This document shows, piece by piece, positions 1-11,290 of a DNA stretch of 64,000 nt. Source of the DNA: the human T2T-CHM13v2.0 reference genome, Homo sapiens; NCBI RefSeq assembly GCF_009914755.1, contig NC_060941.1. One strand, given 5' to 3'. The notes under the pieces were generated by a model. The model searched no databases. It saw only the letters and a list, made by a program, of their open reading frames with translations, and had not been told where the DNA came from. The position numbers and the translations under genes were made by a program. Numbering within the stretch: the first letter of the stretch is position 1; each line of letters begins with the position of its first letter.

Positions 1-90
1 TTGAACAACTTAGCTCTAGTATCTCCATATGTCAAAGGTACCAGCGCAGGGCCACCTCCCCAGACTGGTTTGAAAAGTAAAACTGCAAAA

Positions 91-335
<245 letters not shown>

Positions 336-498
336 TCTGCAAAACCAAAAATTATTTCACAAGAACTTTGAACTTGTGAAATTCTTTCACAAACAACTGG
401 TTTCTTTCCCCTCTCCAGCTATTCTCTCACAGCATAGTTCATATATAGGTGCTTCCCACAGAGTAAACTCTGCCTGTGATGTTGTCCCGTTCTTCCAG

Positions 499-600
499 GT
501 CCGTGGGCTGCTGGACACCCTGGTGACCGACCTGATGGTCCTGGCTGATGAGCTCAGCCCCATAAAGAATGTCGAGGAGGCTTTGCGCCTCTGCAGGTGA
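499..600 (+). CDS. MYCBPAP: Terminal coding exon of MYCBP-associated protein (VRGLLDTLVTDLMVLADELSPIKNVEEALRLCR*)
   Basis: Pyrimidine tract plus CAG acceptor at 496-498, open frame to TGA 598-600, poly(A) signals just downstream. Gene identity comes from known synteny with EPN3/SPATA20/CACNA1G. Confidence 0.8.
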   Translation, partial: VRGLLDTLVTDLMVLADELSPIKNVEEALRLCR

Positions 601-635
601 CTCTCGGGCCCAAGCAACCTTCTGGAAAACGGGTT

Positions 636-653
636 AATAAATAAATCAATAAA
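636..653 (+). terminator. MYCBPAP: Clustered poly(A) signals of MYCBPAP
   Basis: AATAAA at 636-641, 640-645 and 648-653, followed by GT/T-rich sequence (~675-695). Confidence 0.8.
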
Positions 654-1859
654 GAACCTTCAAGTTTCTACTACTTCCGTGTGCCTCTGTGTCTTGCATG
701 ATGGATCTTGGCTAGGTCAGCTCCTGATCCAGGTCCTCCCATGTTCCACCTGCCCTCAGATTCCCTCCTGCCAGCTGCCAGAGCCCTCCTGCAGGAGGAC
801 AGACAGACATAGCTGGGGAAGTGATGTGTGGGATGCCAAGCAGAGGAGCAGGTTGGTAGCAAGACAAGGAGTCAGGTGACAGGACAGTGTGTCACCTCTG
901 GTAGTCCCTGCCTCTGGCTTCCTTGGCCCACACTTTCAGGGTCGTGCTTCCTGGAGCCAGGTCTTCCCGAAGTGTCATCACCAAGTATGACAAAGTGTGA
1001 GATAAGGAGTAGAACTAGACCCATGGGACCTGGCTCCCTGCCATCTCCCCTCTTCAGCTGGGTCCCAGGGCCCCAATTCAGTCCCTGAAGATCATGCTCA
1101 CCACACCTCTTCAGCTCTAGAGGCCACATCACCTTGTTATTTCGGGGTCTAGTCTGCCTTATCCCCCTCCTCATCTCAAACTATCTGGCCTTGAGCCATC
1201 TTTCTGCCTTAAAAACAGCTGCTGATCTTCATGCTACCTCCCTTGCTCAGGGGAACATGAAACAGGCTAGAAATGGCTCTCAGAAAAAAAGGTATTGTCA
1301 GCTCAAACTCAGGCCCCTCATTGTCTTCTGTCAGTCATAACCATTTGGGGCTGGGCTCCCTGTGTGAACAGCACTCCAGGCTCCCAGAGTTTGAAGAACA
1401 ACTTTGGTTTTTGGGTGGGTGGGCATCCTTAAGTGGGCCTCAGGCATCCTCCAGCTGAGATGCAGGAGGGGGAGGATGGACAGAAGGATCTGACTCCGTG
1501 TGGGAAAGGCAGGGAGGGGGCTGTGCTGGAGTCCTGATGCTCTCCTCCCCAAGAAGACGAGAAGACGGGGGCTCCACCAAAGAGCCAGCCCCAGGGAATA
1601 TCCCTGCCCTCTCCTTTAATGTCCTCCCGGCCCAGAGGAGGAAGGGGAGGGGTGTGGTGGGGGTGTTGGAGCCCCCCTCCTTTCCTGTTGAAGAGGCAGG
1701 GGAAGGGTTAACTCAAAGCAGAGGGGATCAGGTCGCCAGCACTGGCTCCAGATGTGCACTTCCTGGGGGCGGTCAACAGGCAGGCCCCCCACCTCTCAAT
1801 GCACCACTTGCCTGGCCAGCAGGAAGGGGTTAACCTGCCCTGCGCTTCCTCCTGTGTCC

Positions 1860-2157
1860 TGTTACTGCTGAGGCAGACCTGCCGGGCCAGCTGAGCAACT
1901 TTCCTCGGGGTGCTGCCTGGCGCTGGCTAGGAGGCAAACGCACGCGGGAAGAGCTGCTACCCATTCCAGGGACCCTGCCGCTGCCCCTCTGAGGGGTCTG
2001 CACCTCCTGGGAGCAGGTGGGTCTCTGGGACGAGGGTCCATGGTGGATGGCTCTGGAGACGCTCCCGAGGCTGTGCCGTCCCCCTGCTGCACAGGTCGGA
2101 GGGTCACCGCAGAGGCTACTCGGGCTGGGGCTGGGGCCGAGGGAGCCCGCACTGGAG
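1860..2157 (+). other. EPN3: EPN3 non-coding exon 1 (5' boundary approximate)
   Basis: Strong donor GAG|GTAAGC at 2157/2158 and a CpG-enriched segment; the TSS position is estimated, not visible in sequence. Confidence 0.6.
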
Positions 2158-5157
2158 GTAAGCTTCCTCCCTGGCCCCCTCCCTGGCAGTGGCGGCATGG
2201 AAGGCGGGGGTTGGTGGGGAGCAAACAGTGGTTCTGGGGCTTAGTCTCTTTTCCAGGTGCGAGGGAGAAGGCTGAGCTGTAGAGGACCTAAAGGCTTCTT
2301 TCCTGCCACCCCTCCCTCCCTGCCGCCCCCAAAAAGGGACTCAGGGCCCCCTCCCCAACCATCCTGGGACTTAGCATCTTTGGTGGCATCTTAGCATCTT
2401 TGGTGGCATTCCCCACAGACTCCTTCTGCACATCTCTGCTGTTTCCTCTTCTTCAGCCCCTCATGCACACCTCTAGCCTCAGGGCAGTCCCCCCTCCCCC
2501 ATCTTCTGTGCTCCCGGGATGCAGCTATTACAGTGGCCAGAAACTTAGAGTTCAAGCTCACCCCCTGTCCCTTACAGCATCAAGAAGGGCACTGTCATTC
2601 CCCACTGCTCAGGCTGGATCTGACTTGGAGGCAGGGGCTGGAGCCCACCTTAGCAGAGGACGGGAAGAGGGTGTGGGCTGGGCTGGTGGGTGCACAGACT
2701 TTACGCAAACTCATGCACGTGTGACTGGACAGATCTGGGTTCTCTCCGTCTCTCCGAAACCCTTGCTGGGGATGAGCGATCTGCATTTTTCGGTCCTGAC
2801 TTTTGGGAAACTCTCCAGATCCCCCCATCCTGCAGGCCCTGAGAAGAGCAGCCCCTCCCTACTGCGCAGTTCTCCTTGGGACCCTGTATGCAGGAGAGAG
2901 CTGATACTCCGTGCCCCGTGGCCCATCCCACCGCCTGCTGGCCCTGCTCCCATCCCCTCAGCTTCCTCCCTCCTCTGCCCTCTCGTCATCTCTGAATTCT
3001 CAGGCCCTGCCCTCTCTGTGCCCTTCCCTCCACCTGACAGGGTCTGGCTCAAGGTCACTGCAGTAATTCCATACCCAGCTGCCCAGGGCTGCTGCTGCTA
3101 CCGCCACCGCCTTATCGGCCGCTGGGTTTCTGTTACACTCCCTTTTATTTCTGGGCATATCGTGTTCGATAAAACCCTTTGCTTGTAACACAGCTGGCAG
3201 CGCTCCCAGCTGCTCCCTCCCGCGTTCCCGCGTTCCTTCCTTTCCTCCTCCCTTCTCTGCGCTTGGGCAGGCTTCTTCCTTTCCTCCTCCCTTCTCTGTG
3301 CTTGGGCAGCCTCACCTTGTCCCCTCAAACTCCAGAGAAGGAAAATCAAGGTGCCTCCCCATGTTTCTGGCCCCGCCCTTCCCCCCAGCCCCTGCAGGGG
3401 TGTGCAGAGAATGCCCACCTTCTGTGAGAAAGGTCCAGGCAGGGCCGCTGGGCCCACACCGAGAGTCCCCTCCCAGAGGCTGGTGCCCCCACACAGGCCA
3501 GGCCGGAGGGCCAGGGCAGCCAGGTCCAGGTAGGGCTCTGGTGCAGTCACAGTGCCCGACTGGTTCTGCTAGTTCCAGCGGCCAGCCGGTAGGGGCGTGT
3601 GCTGGGCGGGCTTTGGTGCACATTATTTCCCATCTTGACTCTGCCACCCCCAGCCACGGGTTGGGGAGGTGAAGGCAGGTCTGAGTCACTAGCAAGGGGG
3701 AGGGCAGGAGTTAAACAAGTTGTGGCCGTGGCATTCCCACAGAAGGCCCACGACCCGCTGGAAGGAAAGAGATAGCAGACAAAAGGTAGGCTGCGCTGTG
3801 GGCCAGGCACTCTCCACCTCGCCCACTCCCACGGTATCTTATTCTCTGGGCCCCCAACAAAACCTGCCAAGGCATGTTTTCAAAGCGTGGGGCTGCTTTG
3901 AACTGAGCCCAGCACTGGCGGGGCTGGGGTGGAAGGAGCGTGGAATCGGGTGCGAGAGGACAGTCTCCTTCAGATTCCTGCTTCTGGCAGCCTGGGGACC
4001 AGTTGGGGCACGGGCTGGGATGGAGGGTGGAGCCGAAAGGTGTTTGGTGGGTGGGGGACAGTTCACGGGTGAAGTGGAGGCTCTGCAGGCCCAGACAGTG
4101 TGTGTGTGCATGCACACACCAGTGCTAGTGTGGGAGGAATGGTGGTGGTCAGGGAATTCCTCTTTTGGTTTCTGAAAGGGCCTTTGGGAGGACCTTGGGC
4201 CTGGAGTTGTATTCAGCAGATAGCCTGGACCTGTGGCTACTGGGGGGAATTGGGCTGGCCCAGCTCTTCTCCCTGCTGGGGTACCAGAGGTCCACTATGT
4301 GTCCAGCGTTTTGGGGCTTTGGAGAACCCAGACTGTTCCTACTCTCAGGGAGCTTCCATTCTAGCTGAGAAGGTGGGACTGAGACAGTAAAGCAATCCGA
4401 TGAAATAATGACCAAACTGGGTAACACTGACAATAAGAATTGGATTAGTCTTCTGGAGTCCTGGATGGTAGTCCAGGCTCTGCCACTTACGTGCCATATG
4501 ATGCAGGCAGGTCCCATCCCCTCTCTGGCCTCAACACTTCCATGTGTACGTGGGGGTGGCATGCAGGAGTGTTGGCAGTGGCCAGAACTCTGAGGGGCAG
4601 TCTTCCTCAAACGATACTTGCTCTCTTGCCTTCTGGCCCAGGTCATAGCATTTCTTCTGAGCCGCCCTCCCCTGACTTGCTGGTTCACTCCTCCTTACTC
4701 TTCCCTTGTGATCTTGGATCTCAGCTCTGTCACCACCTCCTCTAGGAAGTCTCCCCTGATTTTCCTGGCTTGGGTCTTCCTGTGCGGCTCTGCACTCCCA
4801 CACTGGACTGTGATTTTCTGTACCCTCTCAACTGAACGTGGGTGGACCAAGGCGTGTGTTCTGTGCCTGGCATGGTGCCTGGCTCAGAAAAGGCCTCCGG
4901 GAAATAGGTGTTGAATGCATCAAACTACAAAAATTAACAATATGAGAAAAGTGAGCTGAGGAGCTAGGAAGGATAGGTCTTAAGCTAGATCTCAGCAGAA
5001 ACAGAGGCAGTGGCCGAGCAGAAGCAAGGCAAGCGGGCATTCCTGGAATCCTGTTAGCGTTCCCCCATGAGGCCATGCACTCTTAGGTGGGGCTTCCTGG
5101 GGTCATCTTGGTTCCCCATGCAGCAGCTCTGTGATCTCGGACAAGTCACTTAATATT

Positions 5158-5289
5158 ACAGGGTCTCGCTCTGTTGCCCAGTGGCCTGACCATGGCTCAC
5201 TGCAGCCTCCAACTACTGGCCTCAAGTGATCCTCTTGCCTTGGCCTCCTGAAGTCCTGGAATTACAGGCGTGAGCCACTGCACCGGGCC
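5158..5289 (-). mobile_element. Alu monomer fragment (FRAM/FLAM-like)
   Basis: GGGTCTCGCTCTGTTGCCCA...GGAATTACAGGCGTGAGCCACTGCAC. Confidence 0.8.
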
Positions 5290-5689
5290 CATTTAATACT
5301 CTGAGCCCCACCTTTCCCATCTGTGGATGGAGGTAATGATAATAGCATCTTTGGGGTGTGGCTGTGAAGATAGATAGATGAGCATGCAAAGCTCCAAGTG
5401 CCTGCTGAATTGTAAGTGAAATAAGAACGTGTGCCGCTGAAGGCTGTCCCTGGAGGCAGGGACACTCTGGCCAGGCCTCATTTAGTTGGTCAGTGGCTGA
5501 GTGACCCATGAGGTAGGCCTCTGCCCCTGAGTTCCTGGCCCTCTCTTCCTCAGCCCCATGTGGAACCCAAGGATGCAGCTGCTCTGCTAACACGGCAGCC
5601 CATCCTTCAAGACTGTGACCTCGCCACAGTGGCCCTCAGCCCTCCACCTCCGGCGGGGGCGAGGGCCACCCACCTCCAAGTCTCCAGCC

Positions 5690-6251
5690 ATGACGACCTC
5701 CGCACTCCGGCGCCAGGTGAAGAACATCGTGCACAACTACTCCGAGGCAGAAATCAAGGTGCGCGAGGCCACCAGCAATGACCCCTGGGGCCCCCCTAGT
5801 TCGCTCATGTCCGAGATCGCTGACCTGACCTTCAACACAGTGGCCTTCACCGAAGTCATGGGCATGCTGTGGCGGCGGCTCAATGACAGCGGCAAGAACT
5901 GGCGGCACGTGTACAAGGCTCTAACATTGCTGGACTACCTGCTCAAGACGGGCTCCGAGCGGGTGGCCCACCAGTGCCGCGAGAACCTCTACACCATCCA
6001 GACACTCAAGGACTTCCAGTACATCGACCGCGACGGCAAGGACCAGGGCGTCAACGTGCGCGAGAAGGTCAAGCAGGTGATGGCCCTGCTCAAGGATGAG
6101 GAGCGGCTGCGGCAGGAGCGAACCCACGCCCTCAAGACCAAGGAGCGCATGGCACTGGAGGGCATCGGCATTGGCAGTGGGCAGCTGGGCTTCAGCCGCC
6201 GCTACGGCGAGGACTACAGCCGCTCCCGGGGCTCCCCGTCCTCCTACAACT
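5690..6251 (+). CDS. EPN3: EPN3 exon 2 coding part (ENTH domain); exon starts at 5554
   Basis: Acceptor CTCTCTTCCTCAG at 5553; GCCATGA start; donor T|GTGAGT at 6252. Confidence 0.96.
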
Positions 6252-9200
6252 GTGAGTAAGCCCCGGTGTGTGGCTGGGATGGGGAGGTGGCCCGACTTCC
6301 ATTCCTGGCTCTGCAATCCAAGCCATGGTTCATAATACCTACCTCCGAGGGGTGTTATGAAGATTCAGACATAAGGAATGTAACACGCAAGGCGCAACAC
6401 CCGGCACATAGGAGGTGCTCAACAAGTTAGCTCAGATAATAACGTTGTTATAGATTCATTATCATTCGTTAGCTGCCTGATAGGATGGCGCGATAGTGGA
6501 AGCATGGGTTTGGAGTCAGATAGCATTCTATATTCTGCTTCCTCCAAGCTGTGTGACCTGGGCAACCAGTTCTCTGAACCTCAGTTTCCTCATCTGTACA
6601 GTGGGGATAAGCTCACCTACCTCCATTGTTTGATCTGAGAATGAAATGAGACCAGGTTCAGGAACGTCCTCTACCCTGCACCCAGACACATGGCATTCCC
6701 CTTCATCCCCCTACCTGAGGGCAGCGGCTAGACAGTCCCTGACTCTCCTGCCCCCAGTCATGGGGGCTTCCAGGATCTGAGGAATACTCAGAATGGCCCG
6801 CCTTCCATAAAGCCCTTGACAGTCTGCTGAGGGCTTTGAGGTTGTGACCTCGTTGGACTAGAACCTCCTATCCTTGCACCTCCCTTGCCCCCAAGCCAGG
6901 ACAGGGTCCATCTGGAAGTCCAAGAGCTGGAGTCAGGGCACCTGGGTTCAAGTCCTGCTTCAGGAACCTGGTCAGGGGCCCTAAGTGCCGCCTGTGCATC
7001 TGCTAAGGAGGGACTGGAGCCGCCCCTCCATCCGGGATGGGTTGGGATGGGGAACTTACAGAGTGCCTGGCACACTGCTTGGCCCACGGGGGCCTCAACG
7101 GCCGTTGTTCCCCTCCTCTCAGTTCTCTTGAGCCTCAGCTTCCTGGCAGGCAGAGGGGTGTGGGAGCCGATGGGTAATCGTGTGGTCACAGAGACATGAT
7201 GGTCATTGCAGCCTCCTCTTCGTCACCCCGCTATACCTCCGACCTGGAGCAGGCCCGGCCTCAGACGTCAGGGGAAGAGGAACTGCAGCTGCAGCTGGCC
7301 CTCGCCATGAGCCGTGAGGAGGCAGAGAAGGTGAGGCCATGCAGCCCCACTGCGGTGGGGAGGGGATGGGCTAGGGGGAGAGAGTGCCTGGGAGCCCCTT
7401 GGCCTTGACTCAGGCTCTGTCACCCAAAGCCCCAGTCCTGTGCCCAAGGACAGCACAAGACCCATTATCTCTGTCGGTTTGTCGCAGGCAGGGACTGCCT
7501 CCCTGCCTCCAGTCCTCTCCACTGGGCCTGGAAAGGGTGGCGAGTGTACAATTAGGGGCACATGCTATGTCTTGGGGTGCCTGCTACCACCTCATGGTGG
7601 AGTGGGTGAGTGTGCTCAGACATATTCCTAGGAGACACTGGGATATGCTTCCCACCCCCGCCCACCAGCTATCCTTTTGGGGAGACAAGGACAGGCCCCC
7701 GATATCATCATCTTTGCCATTACCTCTGTGGATCCAGGAAGACCAGGCAGGAAGCAGCTGGGCCTCACACAGGAGGGCCTGAGGAACTCTCAGAGGATTC
7801 AGAAGCGAAAGATCAGTCTTCCTGACCTTTAAACTGCATTTCAGATGCAGGCAGGGAGAAGGCCACGCCCACCCTGCTGACTGAGCGGCAAATGGCCCAT
7901 GCACACTGAGGGTGGGCATTAGTGTCTCCATCCCCATGACCCAGGCAGGCCTATACTGCCCTTCTGGTCCCAAGGTGGGGGTACAGGGCCAAGTTTACCC
8001 CTCTCTTCCTCCGCAGCCTGTCCCCCCAGCCTCCCACAGGGACGAGGACCTGCAGCTGCAGCTGGCTCTGCGCCTGAGCCGGCAGGAGCACGAGAAGGTA
8101 GTGGGCCGAGCCCGCTGGGCTGCCGGTGCTGCTGCTGCTGCTGGTGGAGGTGCTTCAGGGCACTAACAGCCTCCTCCCGCTGTACCCGGTGGCCCTGCTG
8201 CTCCTAACCTCTCAGCTGCCTCCCACCCTGCACTCTCTCGACTCCAGCCTCTGGTGCACAGGTCCCCGGATTCCCGCCTGAGCTGCTCATGCTCCTAACT
8301 CTTTCTGTGCCTTCTGCAGGAGGTGAGGTCCTGGCAGGGTGATGGCTCCCCCATGGCCAATGGTGCAGGGGCCGTGGTCCACCATCAGCGGGACAGAGAG
8401 CCTGAGAGAGAAGAGAGAAAGGAGGAGGAGAAGCTAAAAACCAGCCAGGTAGGGAGTGGGCTGCGGTGCTTGGGATGGACAGGGCCTAAGAGATGGACTG
8501 AGTATTTGTAAAGAGAGAGCAGAGCAGTGCCTGGCATATAGTAAGCACTGATGTGTTTATTCGATGAAATAGGGGTGGGGGTGTAGCAGCCCTAGTCCCA
8601 CATTGCATGGGCTGGTGACTGAGTTAACAGCAAAGTGGGATGCAAAAGGTTCCTGATTGGAGACCCCCGGATTCGGGTTCTGGATTTGCTGCCACTTACT
8701 CTATGACTTGGGGCATGTCACTGTCATGGCCTCAGTTTCCCCTTCTGCACAGTGTGCTTATTGGATAGTTCCAGCTCTGACATGCTAGGATTATGTGATA
8801 CTGTCAATCAAGACTAGGGTTGGCCTAAGCACATGGTGCTGAAAACACCTCGGGCTCATGGACATATTTTCTCCGCATGGGGAGTGGGCAGCTGCTGAGT
8901 GCAAGGCTGCCCTCCAAAGCTGTCCATGCCACGCCCGGGTGCTGTGGTCTCCTTTCCGTCCATGTTCACTGTGGCCAGTTTCTCTTGGACACTGACCTAG
9001 GGAGGTAGGCTGGTTGAAAAACATCTGCCTTTGGCCTTCCTGCCCCTTTCTGCTGGCCTGGATTCTATCCCAGCTCTGCCTCTCCCTGGCTGTGTGACTT
9101 CAGGCAAACCCATTCCACCCTCTGTGCGCTGGCTGGCTCATCCATAAAATGGGTACATCATCTGCCCTACCTACCTCACAGGGTTGTTATGAAAATCAGG

Positions 9201-11290
9201 TACTCTGTGGATGAAGAAACATTATAAACTGTAAAGCACTGTGCAGAGGTGAGGGATCATGAATGGGTATCTGTGGAATGAATAAAGAGAATGAACTGGC
9301 ATTAGCCTGACAGGTCAGGGCCTGCCCTCCCTCCAGGCCCCGCCCACTTCTGAGCCGCGGCTGCCTCTCCCCTCCACAGTCCTCCATCCTGGACTTGGCT
9401 GACATCTTCGTACCTGCCCTGGCCCCGCCCTCCACACACTGCTCTGCTGACCCATGGGACATCCCAGGTGGGCATGCAGGGCTGCAAGAGACTTCCAGGC
9501 TGGCCCAAGAGCCTCCTCCTTCCCAGCCACTTGCTGGGCCAAGCACCTCCTCCCAAAATCTGAGTGTCACCGGGCAAGTCACTCACCACCTTGAGCCTCC
9601 GCCGCCTGTGGGACAGGCTTTCGTAGTGAGGGCTATGGAGAATGTCTGAAGGGCCCAGCTCCTAGGAAACGCAGCAAAATGTTCTCTCGCTGCACTCACT
9701 TGCTCAGCACGCCTGGGAAGGTGGCCTGAGTCGCCCACACCTGCAGGTCCCAGTTCCTGGGGTCACTTGTCAAATAGGGGCTCCAGCCTGCTGGGTGGTC
9801 CTGAGGCTGCAGGCCATCTGTGACATGGATCTTCTGCCTCCCAACTTGGGCTGGGTAACTGGGAAGGGCCCTGGGCGAGGGATAAGGGTGGGCCTGGGAT
9901 CATGTCTATGCTGTTCCCATTTCAGGTTTTAGGCCGAACACAGAGGCCAGTGGATCCTCCTGGGGGCCTTCTGCAGACCCCTGGTCTCCGATCCCCTCAG
10001 GAACCGTCCTGTCCCGAAGCCAGCCCTGGGATCTGACTCCCATGCTCTCCTCCTCTGAGCCCTGGGGCAGGACCCCAGTGCTGCCTGCTGGGCCCCCCAC
10101 CACAGACCCCTGGGCCCTGAACTCTCCCCACCACAAACTCCCCAGCACTGGGGCTGACCCTTGGGGAGCCTCCCTGGAGACCTCCGACACACCTGGTAAG
10201 AAGAGGGCCAGAGAGTGTGAGTGAGGAGCTGGGGGACTTCCAGGCAGGGCCAAGGGGCAGCAGATACTGTTTGTGTTAGGAGGACAGCTTCTCTGGAAAG
10301 GGGTCAGACCAACACCTGCCCTTTTTGTCAACCCATCTCCTCTTCCTCTCTCTCTTCCGAGGTGGTGCCTCGACCTTTGACCCATTTGCCAAACCTCCAG
10401 AATCCACAGAGACCAAGGAGGGGCTGGAGCAGGCCCTGCCCTCTGGGAAGCCCAGCAGCCCTGTGGGTGAGCAGGGCAAGGGGATGGTGAGGCTCTGGGG
10501 AATGAGGGGCCCACCCCGAGCAGCCTCTGTCCTCTTCCTCCCACGTCGGGCGCCAATCCCTTTCCCCACCAATTAGCTCTAGCATTTCTATTCCAGAGCT
10601 GGACCTGTTTGGAGACCCCAGCCCCAGTTCCAAGCAAAATGGCACGAAGGAGCCAGATGCCCTGGACCTGGGCATACTAGGGGAAGCACTAACCCAGCCA
10701 AGCAAAGAGGCCCGAGCTTGCCGGACTCCCGAGTCCTTCCTGGGTCCCTCAGCTTCCTCCTTGGTCAACCTTGACTCGTTGGTCAAGGCACCCCAGGTTG
10801 CAAAGACCCGGAACCCCTTCCTGACAGGTAAGATATGCCCTTGTCCCTCAACCCAGGGGCTCCTGCTTTCAGAGCCTAGCCTCCGCCGGAGGAGCCCACT
10901 CTTCTTCCCAACTTCCACGACCTCCCGGTGTAGGGCTCTGAACCCCGGGTCACTCAAAGCCACTCTCGTTCTGCAGGTCTCAGCGCTCCGTCCCCCACCA
11001 ACCCGTTCGGCGCGGGCGAGCCGGGCAGGCCGACGCTAAACCAGATGCGCACCGGCTCGCCGGCGCTGGGCCTGGCAGGCGGGCCTGTGGGGGCGCCCCT
11101 GGGCTCCATGACCTACAGCGCCTCTCTGCCCCTCCCGCTCAGCAGCGTGCCAGCTGGCTTGACCCTCCCCGCCTCGGTTAGCGTCTTCCCGCAGGCCGGA
11201 GCCTTCGCACCGCAGCCGCTGCTGCCCACGCCGAGCTCAGCCGGGCCGCGGCCCCCGCCCCCGCAGACCGGCACCAACCCCTTCCTCTGA
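5690..11290 (+). CDS. EPN3: Epsin-3, whole CDS: join(5690-6251,7212-7330,8017-8097,8320-8448,9380-9467,9926-10195,10362-10466,10597-10827,10977-11290) = 1899 nt, 632 aa
   Basis: ENTH domain (MTTSALRRQVKNIVHNYSEAEIKVREATSNDPWGP...), two UIMs, DPW repeats, three NPF motifs ending TNPFL*. All introns are GT-AG and the phases match. Confidence 0.97.
6500..6660 (+). mobile_element. MIR SINE (representative; similar MIR fragments at ~9050-9250, 12760-12950, 40640-40760, 43000-43380, 44440-44620, 63690-63890)
   Basis: Core GCTGTGTGACCTGGGCAA...CTCTGAACCTCAGTTTCCTCATCTGTA. Confidence 0.7.
7212..7330 (+). CDS. EPN3: EPN3 exon 3 (UIM1: EEELQLQLALAMSREEAEK)
   Basis: TTGCAG acceptor; AAG|GTGAGG donor. 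Confidence 0.93.
8017..8097 (+). CDS. EPN3: EPN3 exon 4 (UIM2: DEDLQLQLALRLSRQEHEK)
   Basis: CCGCAG acceptor; AAG|GTAGTG donor; 81 nt, phase 0-0. Confidence 0.92.
8320..8448 (+). CDS. EPN3: EPN3 exon 5
   Basis: TTCTGCAG acceptor; CAG|GTAGGG donor; EVRSWQGDG...KLKTSQ. Confidence 0.9.
9380..9467 (+). CDS. EPN3: EPN3 exon 6 (clathrin-box-like ILDLADIF, first DPW)
   Basis: CCACAG acceptor; CAG|GTGGGC donor. Confidence 0.9.
9926..10195 (+). CDS. EPN3: EPN3 exon 7 (DPW repeats)
   Basis: TTTCAG acceptor; CTG|GTAAGA donor; SADPW, TDPW, ADPW. Confidence 0.92.
10362..10466 (+). CDS. EPN3: EPN3 exon 8 (DPF motif)
   Basis: Long pyrimidine tract with GAG acceptor; TGG|GTGAGC donor; frame matches neighbouring exons. 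Confidence 0.85.
10597..10827 (+). CDS. EPN3: EPN3 exon 9 (LDLF, NPF1)
   Basis: TTCCAG acceptor; CAG|GTAAGA donor. Confidence 0.92.
10977..11290 (+). CDS. EPN3: EPN3 exon 10 coding part (NPF2, NPF3, stop)
   Basis: CTGCAG acceptor; TNPFGAGE...TNPFL TGA. Confidence 0.94.

Noticed and set aside
2400-3188. 262-aa + strand ORF in EPN3 intron 1
   Set aside because: Starts at TTG inside the 20-bp duplication, has low-complexity Pro/Ser/Leu composition and no recognisable domain; expected by chance in GC-rich DNA.
8126-8143. Short (GCT)n run in EPN3 intron 4
   Set aside because: Only about 5-6 units and intronic; unremarkable.
8830-8946. REST/RE1 half-sites (TGGTGCTGAA; GCTGTCC...GGTGCTG)
   Set aside because: Half-site spacing fits neither the canonical nor the usual extended RE1 geometry.
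9906-10963. Long minus-strand ORFs (243 and 211 aa) over EPN3 exons 7-9
   Set aside because: Antisense shadows of GC-rich coding exons; no independent gene signals.
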